Positions 13,083 through 26,350 of a DNA stretch of 64,000 bases are shown piece by piece. Position numbers and translations under genes: made by a program. Below the pieces are notes generated by a model. That model had not been told where the DNA came from, did not search any database, and was given only the letters and a program-made list of their open reading frames with translations. Numbering within the stretch: the stretch's first letter is position 1; each line of letters begins with the position of its first letter. Source of the DNA: Octopus bimaculoides (lineage: Eukaryota); assembly GCF_001194135.2 (NCBI RefSeq), contig NC_069004.1, positions 15,164,365 through 15,228,364 on the forward strand, read 5' to 3'.

Positions 13083-14691
13083 CAAATATATATATATATA
13101 CACACACACATATACATATACACACACATACATACATCATATATACACACACATACATCATACACATATATACATACATCATATACAAACATATACATAC
13201 ATATGTTCCTGATGAGATGATCATGTCATCCAGTCTGATGGTGCTGGTGCCATATAGAAAGCACTCGGTCCACACTGTAAAGTGTCTGTAGTTAGGAAAG
13301 ACATCCAGCTGTAAAAACCAGGCCAAAGCAGATCTTGCCAGTGGTGGTGCCATATAAAAAGCATCCAGTCCATTTTATAAGGAAAGACATCCAATTGTAA
13401 AAGCCATGCCAAAGGAAACTTCGCAGGTGGTGGTGCCATGCGAAAAGCACTCAGCCCACTCTGTAAAATGGTTGGTGCTAGGAAGGGCATCCAGTCATAA
13501 AAACTATGCCAAAGTAGACAGTAAAACTTGATTCTGTCTTCTGGCTTACCAGCTCCTGTCAAACTGTCCAACCCAAGACAGATTTAAATGATGATGATAT
13601 ACAAGATGTCCACAAATTATCCTAAGATCCGAATGACCTGTCCGTGTTTTCTTTGTATCGTCTATCTGTCGTTTTGTCCCTTTCTTGTATCACCTAACTG
13701 TCTGGATGTTTTGCATCCTTGTCCCATTCTGTATTATTTATTATTTTGTATTTTTATTATAGGTCTTTTTAGTGTATTTACTTATTAAAGTTTTCTACAT
13801 GTGACTGGATTTTCATGGATGAATTCAATAATTGTGGTTTTTTTCTCTAAATTATATTTTTATATATATATACATACATACATATAAATCCTTTAACCGT
13901 TCTTTATCCTTTGCTACTCTCAGCTCAAGAGCTGCAACCATGTTGGGGCAACTTGAAACTTCTTCTGAACAAGGGATTTTGATGTTGCTGCCCTTATCTG
14001 TATTTCTTGCCAGACAGTAGGTTCAGGAAGATGCCAATTTCTCTGTCCTGAAGATGGACGCTGGATTTACGGTAACGTTTATATGCATCCACTACTGGTT
14101 GCATAATTGACATTTTTGCACACACAATCTGCCAACATTACTACTACTATGTAATTCTCAGCCCCCAGAAACAGCATTCAGACCTGAAACAACATGGCCC
14201 TCTCCTTAATTTTCTGTATCTTTTGTACTCCATTTAAACCTGTTCTGCAAGTAAATAAATATATGCTGATACATAAATGTTCATGTTCTGAATATTTTCA
14301 CTTTTGGTTTTTTCTCTACATATATCATTAAAAAAAACACCACCACCTACATTTACATGTATATATGTACATTTTATATATCAAGACCAAGTGTGATTAT
14401 TGTTTATTTGCATCATTATCGCTATACATACATATATATAGGCACATACATACGTACAAATATATATATTCTTCTATTCTTTTATTCATTTCAGCTATAC
14501 AGCCACGGTCATGCTGGAGCTATATGTATCTTTTTTACTTGTTTCAGTCATTAGACCCCAGTACTTATTTTTTTTTAAGCATGGCATTTATTCTATTAGT
14601 CACTTTGGCCAAACAGCTGAGTTTCAGGGATGTAAACACACCAACACTGGCTATGAAGTGAGTGGTAGTAGGGGACAAACACAAGCACAAA

Positions 14692-14739
<48 letters not shown>

Positions 14740-14935
14740 CATACACACATCCATACATACATATAAGTACACATGCATACACATATATATTCACATACTT
14801 ACATATATGTATACATATAAATACATAATACATATATTTGCATATATATATATATGCATATATATACACGCAGGCATATGCATGCAAACATATTTACACA
14901 CACATGCACACACACATCTCAAATAATTAATCCTT

Positions 14936-16300
14936 TTTTAAGTGACAAATGGTACAAAGCAAGAATGTGTGTTGGCACCAGTATTATTTGCTTTATTCTC
15001 TGCAGCTATGCTAGAGTATGTCTTTGTTGATGATCCCTGTGTAAAAATTGCCCCTCTGGTGGCATCTTCAATCAGCACCATATTAAGCAAAAAGAAAGAA
15101 AAAAACGAAAAAAAAAAAAAAAAAGGTCTTCCTTTCAAATTACCAGAGACTTATTTTTTTACAGATGACTGTGCACAGTTTGCTAATTCCCTTGAAGATA
15201 TTCAACAGATTGTCAATATATTTATTGCAGCAGTCAGATGTTTTGGCTTCACCATAAGCACAGAGAAGATAGAGCTTCTGTTGCAGCCACATTCTGGCAG
15301 TAATCAAGGTTATGCCTAGAGTGTGTCTTGAAGGTAAAAGTAATAAGACAGTTAATGCTTTCATTCATCTTCACTCCACAGTGACCAATGATGCTAAGCT
15401 TGATAAAGAGATTAAAACATGAAGAGGAAGAGCAAACTCTATAAGAGGCTTTGGAATATCTGTGAAGGTGTTGGTGTACCATAGAAAGTGTACAAGTACA
15501 TTATAAAACTTACCTACTACTTAAACATTTGTGGCATGATGTTTATCTGATTTATGACTCCTACAAGGCAGAAAGGATTTATTTACCAAAGAAAACTGAA
15601 GCAGGATTAATTGGTCAGTTACGGGCCAATATAAATCCTGAATGTAGATGGCAAGATTTACATGGGCTTACTTGCTAAAAGAACAGCTACATGTCTATAC
15701 AAAATGATGGCTAGGCTGGAAGGCTGGACTTCCTGATGTGTCAAACACACATTTCAATCTGGGATGCAATACAAGACACTGTGAAGAATATAAGGGATTT
15801 GAATGTAGGGTGTAATCTGGCAAATGATTATGGTTCTGTACCACACAAACTGGTGACAGAAACAATAGATTTTTTGGATGCCGAAGAGGATCACAGATTT
15901 GATGAAGTGTAACTGCAACAGTATCTGAGTGTGGTTTACAACAGACTGGCAATGTCTTGGAATTGTTGTAGGCTGCACAATATCAGTTGTGTGGTTTTTA
16001 CATGTCATGGAGATGCTATTTAGATCAGCAGACTAAGAAGGCAATTGTGGATGGCATAACAACACTGACAAAGGAACCAAAATGGTATGCAAATAGTTCT
16101 AGGAAGACTGGATGAACTATTTACTTGATCAAAAGTACAGTTTAAAGCAAATAGTTCTAGGAAGACTGGATGAACTATTTACTTGATCAAAAATACAGTT
16201 TAAAGCAAGAAAGCCAAGCAGTCTGACATCTGTCAAAGGTTGGCAGAAGCAAGTGAAGTTCAAAATAACAGGGGAAACCATGCCAATAGTTAAAGGCTAA
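14936..16300 (+). mobile_element. RTE-BovB-like LINE relic
   Basis: TNGTKQECVLAPVLF, FFTDDCA, GFTISTEK; heavily disrupted. Confidence 0.7.
16090..16208. repeat. 59-bp tandem duplication
   Basis: gcaaatagttctaggaagactgg...acagtttaaa twice, 1 mismatch. Confidence 0.9.
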
Positions 16301-16959
16301 CCCATGTAGGTTTAAGACTATGGCACACTGAGTCTTTGTTGAGATAATGGCACAAGCTGAAGATAAGTTAAAAGCAACAAGTCAAAACTACTTGGCAAAT
16401 ATAAGATTTGGTGCTTGCAGTTTGATCTATACCACCCACCCCACATCTTGCTTGCTCCCCCCCCCCTCCCGCTTGTATGCAGAGTAACACTGTCTAAAGC
16501 AGAGATCATGGAATAAAAATGCAATATTTACACCAGGAAATGGCTTGATCTACCTCAAATGATTAACAGATCAGCACAGTACTGAAAGAGAGGGTTTCTT
16601 CAACCACTTATAACATCAATTGAGATCTACAAAGCTGGAATGGTGTAAACAGTCCAATGTTGTAGAATTTCAAGACAATTTGTCAGATATCAAAACTGCA
16701 AGAACACGGCATACAGAGAAAGAAACTACTGACATACCAGAATTACTTGAACGTCAAGACATAGTGGGAGTGATTAATAGTGACTAGAAAGGTATTGGCT
16801 GTAATCGACTTAAACAATTTTCAATAACGACACGGAGGGAACACAGAGCTGTGTTAAGTTAGAGAAGCAGAGAAAAGGAAACTGCATTCGATTCAATGCC
16901 CCCAGCAAGGACAGATTACCAAAGGGGGAAGAAGAATCTATTGACATGCTAGCATACAA

Positions 16960-17560
16960 GATATAGTGGGAATAATTAAAAATGACCAGAAAGGAAGAAG
17001 GTTATTGAAAGAAAAGTTGGTTGGAATATGATCTGGAGGTGAAGCACATCGTGGCTGAACTTCCACTTTTGAGATGTCTATGATGTATTACCAGCCTCTG
17101 TTCAATCTGCTGAGATGGAAAATGGTAAATTTTCCAAATGTAGATGCAGAAAAGTTGGGACACTACAGAATATATCATCTAAGTGCTCAATGGCACTGGA
17201 CAGGTATATGTGGAGACACAATGAGGTTCTCAAAATTCTCCATTGTGTTGTCAAGAAGCAGATGGAAATGACCAATGATAGCAAGAAACCACAGAAGAAT
17301 GGCAGTAAATGGTTTATCACATATAGTTAGTCAGGGCCAAGATGGTTACCCAAAACGGGAGAAAGCTGTAAAGCTGTGATTGATGAAAACTGGGATGGAG
17401 TTTGGGAGGTGGCAGCAACTCTTTTAGGGGTTGCCTGTTTGTTCGGCAGTGAATTATCTCCCTTCGATTGCCCCTTGTCTTTTTTCAAATCACCTGGGCT
17501 CATTCAAAATTCACATCAAATGCAGTTACTAAAAACTCTTTTGTGGATGTTCCAGCTTAC
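16960..17560 (+). mobile_element. Restriction-like-endonuclease LINE relic (HERO/R4-like)
   Basis: CRCRKVGTLQNISSKCSMALDRYMWRHNEVL resembles the CCHC + RY.WRH..VL motif. Confidence 0.5.
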
Positions 17561-17850
17561 AAAATGGCAAAAGAAATGTAATATTTTGGTCAAGAAATAC
17601 TGGGTAGCTGACTTTCAATAGGCTCTTTGTGTTTTTCTTATTTATAATATCTTTATTACTGGTTGAACTTCATATCTCACACATACACAGTGTATAGGGA
17701 GAGGTGTAGCTGTGTAGTAAGAAGTTTGCTACCCAACTGTATCGTTTCAGGTTCAGTCCCATAGCATGTCACCTTAATTAATTGTCTTCTACTATAGCCC
17801 TGAGCCAACCAAAGCCTTGTGAGTGAATTTGTAGACAAAAACTGAAAGAA

Positions 17851-17886
<36 letters not shown>

Positions 17887-18080
17887 CTGACTGACTTCTG
17901 CCTTCTTATAAATGAATGTCATTTACATGCAAGCGGGAACCTTCATTCTGTGAAAACATGTCTGGTCATGGGGACAGGAAGGGCACCTGGCTATAGAAAA
18001 TTTGCCTCAACAAATTCTGTCCAACACATGCAATCAAACAACAATGAAGACATTATATATCTCTCTCTCCCTCTCTCTCA

Positions 18081-18115
<35 letters not shown>

Positions 18116-18977
18116 NNNNNNNNNNNNNNNNNNNNNNNNNNNNNNNNNNNNNNNNNNNNNNNNNNNNNNNNNNNNNNNNNNNNNNNNNNNNNNNNNNNNN
18201 NNNNNNNNNNNNNNNNNNNNNNNNNNNNNNNNNNNNNNNNNNNNNNNNNNNNNNNNNNNNNNNNNNNNNNNNNNNNNNNNNNNNNNNNNNNNNNNNNNNN
18301 NNNNNNNNNNNNNNNNNNNNNNNNNNNNNNNNNNNNNNNNNNNNNNNNNNNNNNNNNNNNNNNNNNNNNNNNNNNNNNNNNNNNNNNNNNNNNNNNNNNN
18401 NNNNNNNNNNNNNNNNNNNNNNNNNNNNNNNNNNNNNNNNNNNNNNNNNNNNNNNNNNNNNNNNNNNNNNNNNNNNNNNNNNNNNNNNNNNNNNNNNNNN
18501 NNNNNNNNNNNNNNNNNNNNNNNNNNNNNNNNNNNNNNNNNNNNNNNNNNNNNNNNNNNNNNNNNNNNNNNNNNNNNNNNNNNNNNNNNNNNNNNNNNNN
18601 NNNNNNNNNNNNNNNNNNNNNNNNNNNNNNNNNNNNNNNNNNNNNNNNNNNNNNNNNNNNNNNNNNNNNNNNNNNNNNNNNNNNNNNNNNNNNNNNNNNN
18701 NNNNNNNNNNNNNNNNNNNNNNNNNNNNNNNNNNNNNNNNNNNNNNNNNNNNNNNNNNNNNNNNNNNNNNNNNNNNNNNNNNNNNNNNNNAAGTAAGAGT
18801 GAGAGAAAGTTGTGGTGAAAGAGTACAGCAGGGTTCGCCACCATCCCCTGCCGGAGCCTCGTGGAGCTTTAGGTGTTTTCACTCAATAAACACTCACAAC
18901 GCCCGGTCTGGGAATCGAAACCGCAATCCTATGAGCGCGAGTCCGCTGCCCTAACCACTGGGCCATTGCGCCTCCAC

Positions 18978-21450
18978 GTTCAAAATACTAGAACACAACC
19001 AATGAACGCGATGTGCTGAGAAATTTCTCCAAATCTTGAGAATAATCAGTTTGTCACACATGAGGAGGTGATAGAGGCTATAGTGGACTGCAGCAGTGGT
19101 AAGGCGCCAGGCCTCAATGGTCTACCGTACGAACTATATAAGAGTATGCCAGGCTTGTTCGGGCACATACTGGCTAGTGTTTACGCAAACTGGCTGCAGA
19201 ATGGGTTAATCCCCGATCTGTGTGCCGGGAAGAGGTGACGCTGGTCAGGAAGGACCCAGACAAGGAGGATAGTATAGATAACTTTAGGCCCATCACTCTG
19301 CTGAACGCAGAGATGAAGATTTTGGCTAAGGTGTTGGCAAAAAGATTGACATGTGTCGTGGGTGGCCTGATTGGGGAAGCACAAACATGTGCGATCCCTG
19401 GTAGAACCATTCAGGATAATCTTCATCTTATATGCTACACCATAGAAGGGTTTGGTAATAAATCTGGTAAGGGCGAGGCACTGGTTTATTTAGACCAAGC
19501 TAAAGCATTCGATAGGGTAGACCATCGCTACCTGATATCTGTTCTCGTGCGGTTCAGACTAGGTCTTGGCTTCCTTAGGTGGATCATACAGTTGTATGAC
19601 AATATCAACTCAATCGTTCGGGTGAACGGCTTTCTCACAAAGCCATTCTGTATCAAGCGTTCGGTTCGCCAAGAATGTCCACTCTCACTGCTTTTGTACA
19701 TGATGGCCCTTGAGCCGTTGCTGTGAAGGCTGAGTGGCATCCTGACGAATCCAGGTGGTGGAGGATCGGTTTCAGCTTACGTGGACGACATCACTATCAT
19801 CAGGACCAAGATGTAACACCTACAGAAAGTAGGCGAGACCATCATGGCTTACAAGACGGTGGCAGGAGCAAAGATTAACTGGGAAAAATCAGTCGGCTTG
19901 CAACTTGGCACCTGGAGGGGTGAGTTGATGCCTTTGAATAGCGTNNNNNNNNNNNNNNNNNNNNNNNNNNNNNNNNNNNNNNNNNNNNNNNNNNNNNNNN
20001 NNNNNNNNNNNNNNNNNNNNNNNNNNNNNNNNNNNNNNNNNTCGTGGGACACTGGACGGAGGCTGTTAGGAATCTGGTCTGGCCCAGATCTCCAGATAGA
20101 AAAGAACTGGACTGAGGCAGCGAGCAAGGTGAGCCTCAAAGTCAAGACCTAGTCTTGGCAGTGACTATCCTTGAAAGGGAGGGCGGCGGTGTCCAATGTG
20201 TTTATCACATCGGTCATCGTTTACCACCTAACTGTTGTTCCTTGTCCAGATTCGTGGTTGGGCAAGTTGGAGAGGCAGATCTTCCACTTTTTGTGGAAGA
20301 GCTCCGGTCTACTTGTGAGGTGTTCTATCTGCTGTCAAAAACCGTTAAAGGGTGAGTTAGGGATGCCTTGACTGTTGATGCGCAAACATGCATTAAGGTT
20401 GAGGCACCTCTGGCTTTACCTGGATGGTGAACGGGTGTGGTCTCCACTTGCAAAACGGATGTTCCCCAGGTTCACTAGTTTTGGTGGAAGAGAAAACTGG
20501 TTTCATCGAAGATCGAAGTTGGGTACAAGTTATACAGAGTGTCGCAAGGCTCTCCTCCATTTCTGCAACTCGGGCAATGCCAGTGGTTTGGGTACCACCA
20601 TGGTTTTCTATAGTAGGTTGGTAGAGGCTGGAAACGATGATGCCCTGGGGAGGACCCTGGGTCTTGATGATAATCAGTTGGACAGTCTGTTCCGCAGAAC
20701 ATTCGGGCCAAAGACACTGGATAATTTCAAAAGGTCTATGGCCTGGCAGTGTTACCAAGGAGCCCTACCAGTTCAGGATAAGCTCACTAGACACAGTCAT
20801 CCTGGCCCATCGGCCTGTCCAAGATGCGGGCGGGATGAGGAAACTGTCCCACATGCTATTGTTCAGTGTCCAGGTGTGTCAGAATTGTGGGCTTATACAG
20901 AACACCTTTTGTCAGATGTGAGGAAAGTACAGCTATCGTCTGTGTCAATTTTAAAAACTGACCCACCAGATTTCCTTACGGAAGAAGGTAAGAATTGTTT
21001 TCTCGTGGTAGTAGCAATCGCAAAAAGAGGTGATTTGGAAGTCGAGGGTGAAAGGAGTAATGACAGGTAGCTTCGTCTCCGGCCTCACATTGGTGAAGGC
21101 CTTCATCTTTCATCTAAAAAGGAAAGTGGGGCTATAGAGAAGGTGCCTGTCAGTGAGAATGTATAAAAATAGATGGGTACGTGTAGCACGAATGTTGGTA
21201 TGAAAGACTCTGCATGAACACGCTATAAAGGTTACCAGAAGGTGTCAGTAGAGAAACAGGGTTCACGGGGTCGGGGCGCTAACCTGTTTTAATACCTGAT
21301 TTTTTGTCTTTTATTGTTTTGTAATTGTCTTTTGTCTATCATACGATTATCATTTTTGCGCATCTTAAAATCTTATAACCATCCGTATGTATCTGACCCC
21401 AACCAGGCTGCATTGTCCCCTCTATATGTCTCCTTGTGGGAAATAAAGAA
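18978..21450 (+). mobile_element. 5'-truncated L1/Tx1-clade LINE (RT + C-terminal zinc knuckle), disrupted
   Basis: Motifs KAPGLNGLPYELY, FRPITLLN, QTCAIPGRTIQDNL, LDQAKAFDRVDH, RQECPLSLLLY, AYVDDITI, CPRC...ETVPHAIVQC; stops and frameshifts; ends at AATAAAGAAA. Confidence 0.9.
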
Positions 21451-21487
21451 ATAGCTTATATAAAATTGTCATGCCTCAGATTACTGA

Positions 21488-21650
21488 GATGAACTTACCA
21501 AGGATATATATACAAACTTTAAATTTTTTTACCAAAGTCTACCTGCATAAATCAAAACTAGTCATGGATTACTGAGATGAACATACCAAAGCTATATATA
21601 CAATCTTTAAAATTTCATACAAAAGTCTACCTGCATAAATCAAAACCAGT
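21488..21650. repeat. About 88-bp tandem duplication
   Basis: gattactgagatgaac...aagtctacctgcataaatcaaaac twice. Confidence 0.85.
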
Positions 21651-21740
21651 AAATTTTAATCTATTTTTCAAAAATACTTCTTCATATATTTTTCTAATTT
21701 TAAAACAACATTCAATATATTATAAAAATGTTATCTTCTC

Positions 21741-21832
21741 CATCTCTGACGAGCGGAAGTATTGTTTATCAATGTGTATCAACAATGGATTCCATTATAA
21801 CGATAATACTTTCGTGAAACGATCATATGATG
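21741..21832 (+). ncRNA. Degenerate type I hammerhead ribozyme
   Basis: CTGACGA (21746-52), 11-bp stem II gcggaagtatt/aatactttcgt (2 GU), GAAAC-gatc-ATA, stem I catc/gatg. There is a mismatch at 16.2 and at the first stem I pair. Confidence 0.55.
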
Positions 21833-22285
21833 CATTAATTAACAAATTTTTAAACTGTCATGTTTCATATATTTACATATATTTTTAATACAATACTACT
21901 TTAGACACATGTATCTTCGTGAGAAATTTTTTTGATATTAAATTTCATGCTATTGTTTCAAAATACAGTATATATAATCGCTCATATTAATGTCTAAATA
22001 CTTTATAGTTTTAATATTTTTGACACTTATACAAAGAGCACTCATAAATTCAGTGTATAATATTCTAACAGAATATACATAATTAATGATATAGAATTTT
22101 GTCAGTGAACAGGTCACAGTCTCAAAGCAACGAAAGTATTTTGACAAATTAAATTTAAATGTTGAAGTGAATCTAACTGATTTTGTGTGTTATTTTAAAT
22201 GGCTTATAAACACCTTCCACGCTGCAATTGTTTTCGTTCCAGCACACGATCTCAGATCAGGTCACTTGCTATGCAAGTGCATCTC

Positions 22286-22327
<42 letters not shown>

Positions 22328-24699
22328 GAGTAAGTACATACATATAAAACAAGGTGGGGAAAATAGTACTTGAATACCAGAGGTAGAATAATATGCTTCA
22401 TTATTAAAGCTGCAAAAGCATCACAAAAATATCACAAAAAACTGCTACTCCGAGTTTCATGTTCCCATTTGTTGGGCAGGTGTGATCACAAGTGCCTGAC
22501 GAATGGGAGATATTTTTGTGATGTTTTTGCAACTTTAATAAAGTGTATATATAATACATACATAAATGAAAGTGTGTGTGTGTGTGTGAAAGAGAGAGAG
22601 AGAGAGGTGGAGGGAGAGAGTGAGTGCAATGTAGTTAGCACAATAATTCATTAAGTTTATACCCGTATGAAATAGAGTTGAAGATTGAAGAATATTTTAC
22701 TCAACCAAAGGCAAGGGAGATAACTCAAAGAATATTTGAAATAGATTGCCAAACCAGATTCCACACGTATGCATACACACTCACACATGGACATACACAC
22801 GTAAAGCAATCTTTCTTCCCATGCATACGAAGAGTCGAATGTATAGAAGGGGATTTAATAAATTATAACCCTCACTGTTAGAATATAAATGATGGAAATA
22901 GAATTCAGAGCTATAGGTTTTCTTCAGCTATCCAAGAAATAAAGGAAGTCCAGGATTTAGTTCTGATAGCTGTGGAAGGAGCTAGCTGAAAGTTCAATTA
23001 TTCTACAAGCAGGTGTCCAGGGTTCAGTTTAGCTACTCAAGAATAAGGGGGTCTAGGGTTAACTGTAGCTACCAATGGAAGGAGAGGTCTAACTACCAAG
23101 AAATGAAAGGGGCCCATGGTTCAGTTAAGCTAGCCAGGAGCGATAAGTGTTCAGTGTAGATATGGATCCAGAGTTTATTTGGTATGTAACTCAACTCATC
23201 CTGGACACTGATAAAATTTGATGTTTAATATGAAAACTCTTCAACTTATTTGAGATAAAGTGACAACCTCCTAACACTTTGTCAAATGAAATGTCATACT
23301 AAAGTGAAAGTGGGGTCAAAAAAAGAAATCGAAGGAATAGGTCTCTGTTGAAGTCGAGTCAAGAAAACCCAGCTGAGGTTATGAGAAAGGTTGCATTAGG
23401 GTCAAAGGAAATGGTCATGCAGTAATAAGGTCAACCTCAATTATATTGCTGACAACAAAGACGACAAATTAATAGAGTTCACAAACATATGCACACATTT
23501 GGAAATGTATGCAGATAGCTGGATTCACACACACAAACACATGTTGAGATCGATGTAACATAAATATTTCACACTAATATAGAATGAGCAAAATGAAATG
23601 CAAGTTCTGAGCCTAAGAATATATTAGAGCACTAATTAGCAAAATGTATTTATTCTGTTACTTAGTGTTCTAATTAGTGCAGAATTCAATGCAGAATTGA
23701 ATACATATGATGTACTTAAAATCCACTAATTATGGTTTTGCTTTATGTTGCTTGTTTCAGAATCACTTGTATTTCCATTGTCACTTTTTCAATCATTGCT
23801 TTTCATCTGATTGCATTACTGCAATAGAACCGACTTTGTCTTTCATCCTTTCAGGGTCGATAAATTAAGTACCAGTTGTGTACTGGGGTCGATCTAATCG
23901 ACTGCCCCCCATTCCCCCAAAATCTCAGGCCTTGTGCCTAGAGTAAAAAAGAACATCTTTGTATGTCTTTGGTCTCTGTGTCATTTCTTCTTTGTAAACA
24001 CAATGTTGTCAAGTTTAACAAGCTACATTATCTTAAATCTTAGTTCACTTCTTATTCAGCTACCTTTTATTTCATATTCGTAGCAAACACTTCCCCCTAG
24101 AATATATCATCTCCACGTTTTTGCCTTCCAACACCTGCTTCTGGATTCACATTTGAAATGTGAAGGTGGAGAACAGTCATGGCAGTAGGCTGATGTTAAA
24201 TGTTTCTCATTACTTGACATTGTGGTTATGAAGTGTAAAACATAATGAACAATTTGATAACGATGATAATGCTGAGTCAAACAGTAGGTATTCTAAGAGT
24301 TAATTAAAGCTTAGTTTAATTTATTATCCAAAGATATTTGAATATGAGCAAGGACTATTCTTTGAAGTATCCAAAATATTAAAGAAAAACAAAGAAAAAC
24401 AGAATTTTTACTCAGAGTAAAGATGAAGCAGGTGTTATTTAGCAAGGAGAACTTTAAGAATCAGTTAGTCAAAAGGTGTAAAAACAAATTCCTCACAAAT
24501 CAAGCTCCAACTCTGAAAATCAAAATTCTTTTCTTGCTGCAGTTCATGTTAAACATCAACCATTTCTTTGAACCAGTTCCGTATCCTTTGGTTATTATGC
24601 TTCTATCCACACGGCTCTCAGATTGTGTGAGTTCACTCATTTGACTTATTTTCTTCATTATTCAGTCACGAGGTGGAGGACCAAGAACTTTTAGTGAAA

Positions 24700-26350
24700 T
24701 CAGTTTGGATATGTATAGGCAGGCTGAAAATATCAGATTTAACCCTTAAAATGTTGGAGTAGGAGCATTACGTCGCCATATGAGTTTTCTCCTCTCTCAA
24801 TGTGACACAATAAACCTGCAGCTACAAGGGAGAAAACTCTACAGCGATATAATGGACTTAAGTGTGTTAAAGATTAACAAGGATAACAATAATTAGGTAA
24901 ACCTTGATGGCTTTTATTTGTCGCTCCTGTGAAGGCTGGGAGCAGTGCAAAACTGTTTCTTTGATGTATAATGACTGAATCTTTATGCTGCTTTGGTGGG
25001 AATTAGGTCGTTATGTCCCCATAGATGGAATGATTGTGGTGTTCAAAGGAGGAGACAGAATTGGTACAGTGACAGAAGGTTTACTAAGTCAGAGGAGCAG
25101 AAGCCATTGCAGGAGAAGTAAAAGAGACAGAGCAAAAAAATAATAATAATTAGGTTTAGGTGATTGGGTATTTGCTAGGATTAGTATGGGACAATTGTGT
25201 AGCAACAGCATTGCCTCACATATGACAACATTACTACTAAGTGGAGTATATCAGTAATTAGGGCCTAATCAAGCGGAAATATTCCCTGATTCTGAAAAGG
25301 ACATGTGATGTTTGGGATGCAATCTTTGCTATATTATATATTCAAGATTGCAACGTGAGATCAGATATTGTGAGGCTAAACATTTATAGATACCATCAGG
25401 GATTTACTGATTAACTGTCTGTGTGTAATACAAAAAAGAAACTGTTTTCTTAAATGTGTATTAATTGAACATTTGTGTTGGTTGCTCACAGATGAATGCC
25501 CTATTTAGAGGAGGATTTCAAAGTCTCTAATCACAGAAGAATGAGTCTGGCATGATGGAAGCCTATAAACAAGGTAACTTAGCTAGGAAGTCCTCATGCA
25601 AGTTGGAGGCTTTGCAGATGTCAATGGCAACAATATTGCTTTCAGCAAATTTCTCCTGGTAGGGCTCTTTGGAAAATGTAATGAGAAAGGAGAAAAACCT
25701 CGGAATAAATTGGTCCATGGAAACTGCATCAAGAAAGGAGAATATCATGGAAAAGCATGCCTATGGAAACTCTATTCAGAAGAGATCTTTGGCAGAGTTT
25801 GTTAATGGAAACTTTATTGAGAATAGACATTGAAGATGATATTTCCAATTTCTAAATTTTGGATATGACAGTACTAGAAGTGTGATTGGTAGGGTGAAAG
25901 AGTTTACTTTTCTTGGGAATAAAACATATTGCCATGTGTTTTAATAAGCTGGGATATTCCACAATGTGTGAGAGAGAGAAAGATTGAACAGTTTAGAGAG
26001 GGTAAGATCTAGTTTGGGTACACACTATTTGAGGCCCTGTCATTGATACAAAGTTCCTTCATGATAAAAACCTCCCTGCTGGTGACGGTGACTTCATTAA
26101 GGTGTTACAACTGCAAGTAGACCATCAAAAAGGGATCTATTACTAAGGTGATAAAAGGCTATGGTAAGCTACGTAACAATGCTTACAAGAACATTGCATA
26201 GCAAGTTACTCAAAGATCAGCAGAGAAAAGCCTTGAGAACATTTTTTAAAAGTGTGTTGCTGATGGGAAAAACTCGTTTGCATATAAAAGTTGGTGTTTC
26301 TTTTAACAAGGTCGGGCTCAGAACTTTTGAATCAACCCCTAAATATTGAC
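24700..26350 (-). mobile_element. CR1/L2-like LINE relic (similar relic possibly at 2490-3130)
   Basis: IVAIDICKA..LHEDFLAKL resembles the RT motif ALDISKAFD.VWH..LL.KL; very degenerate. Confidence 0.45.
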
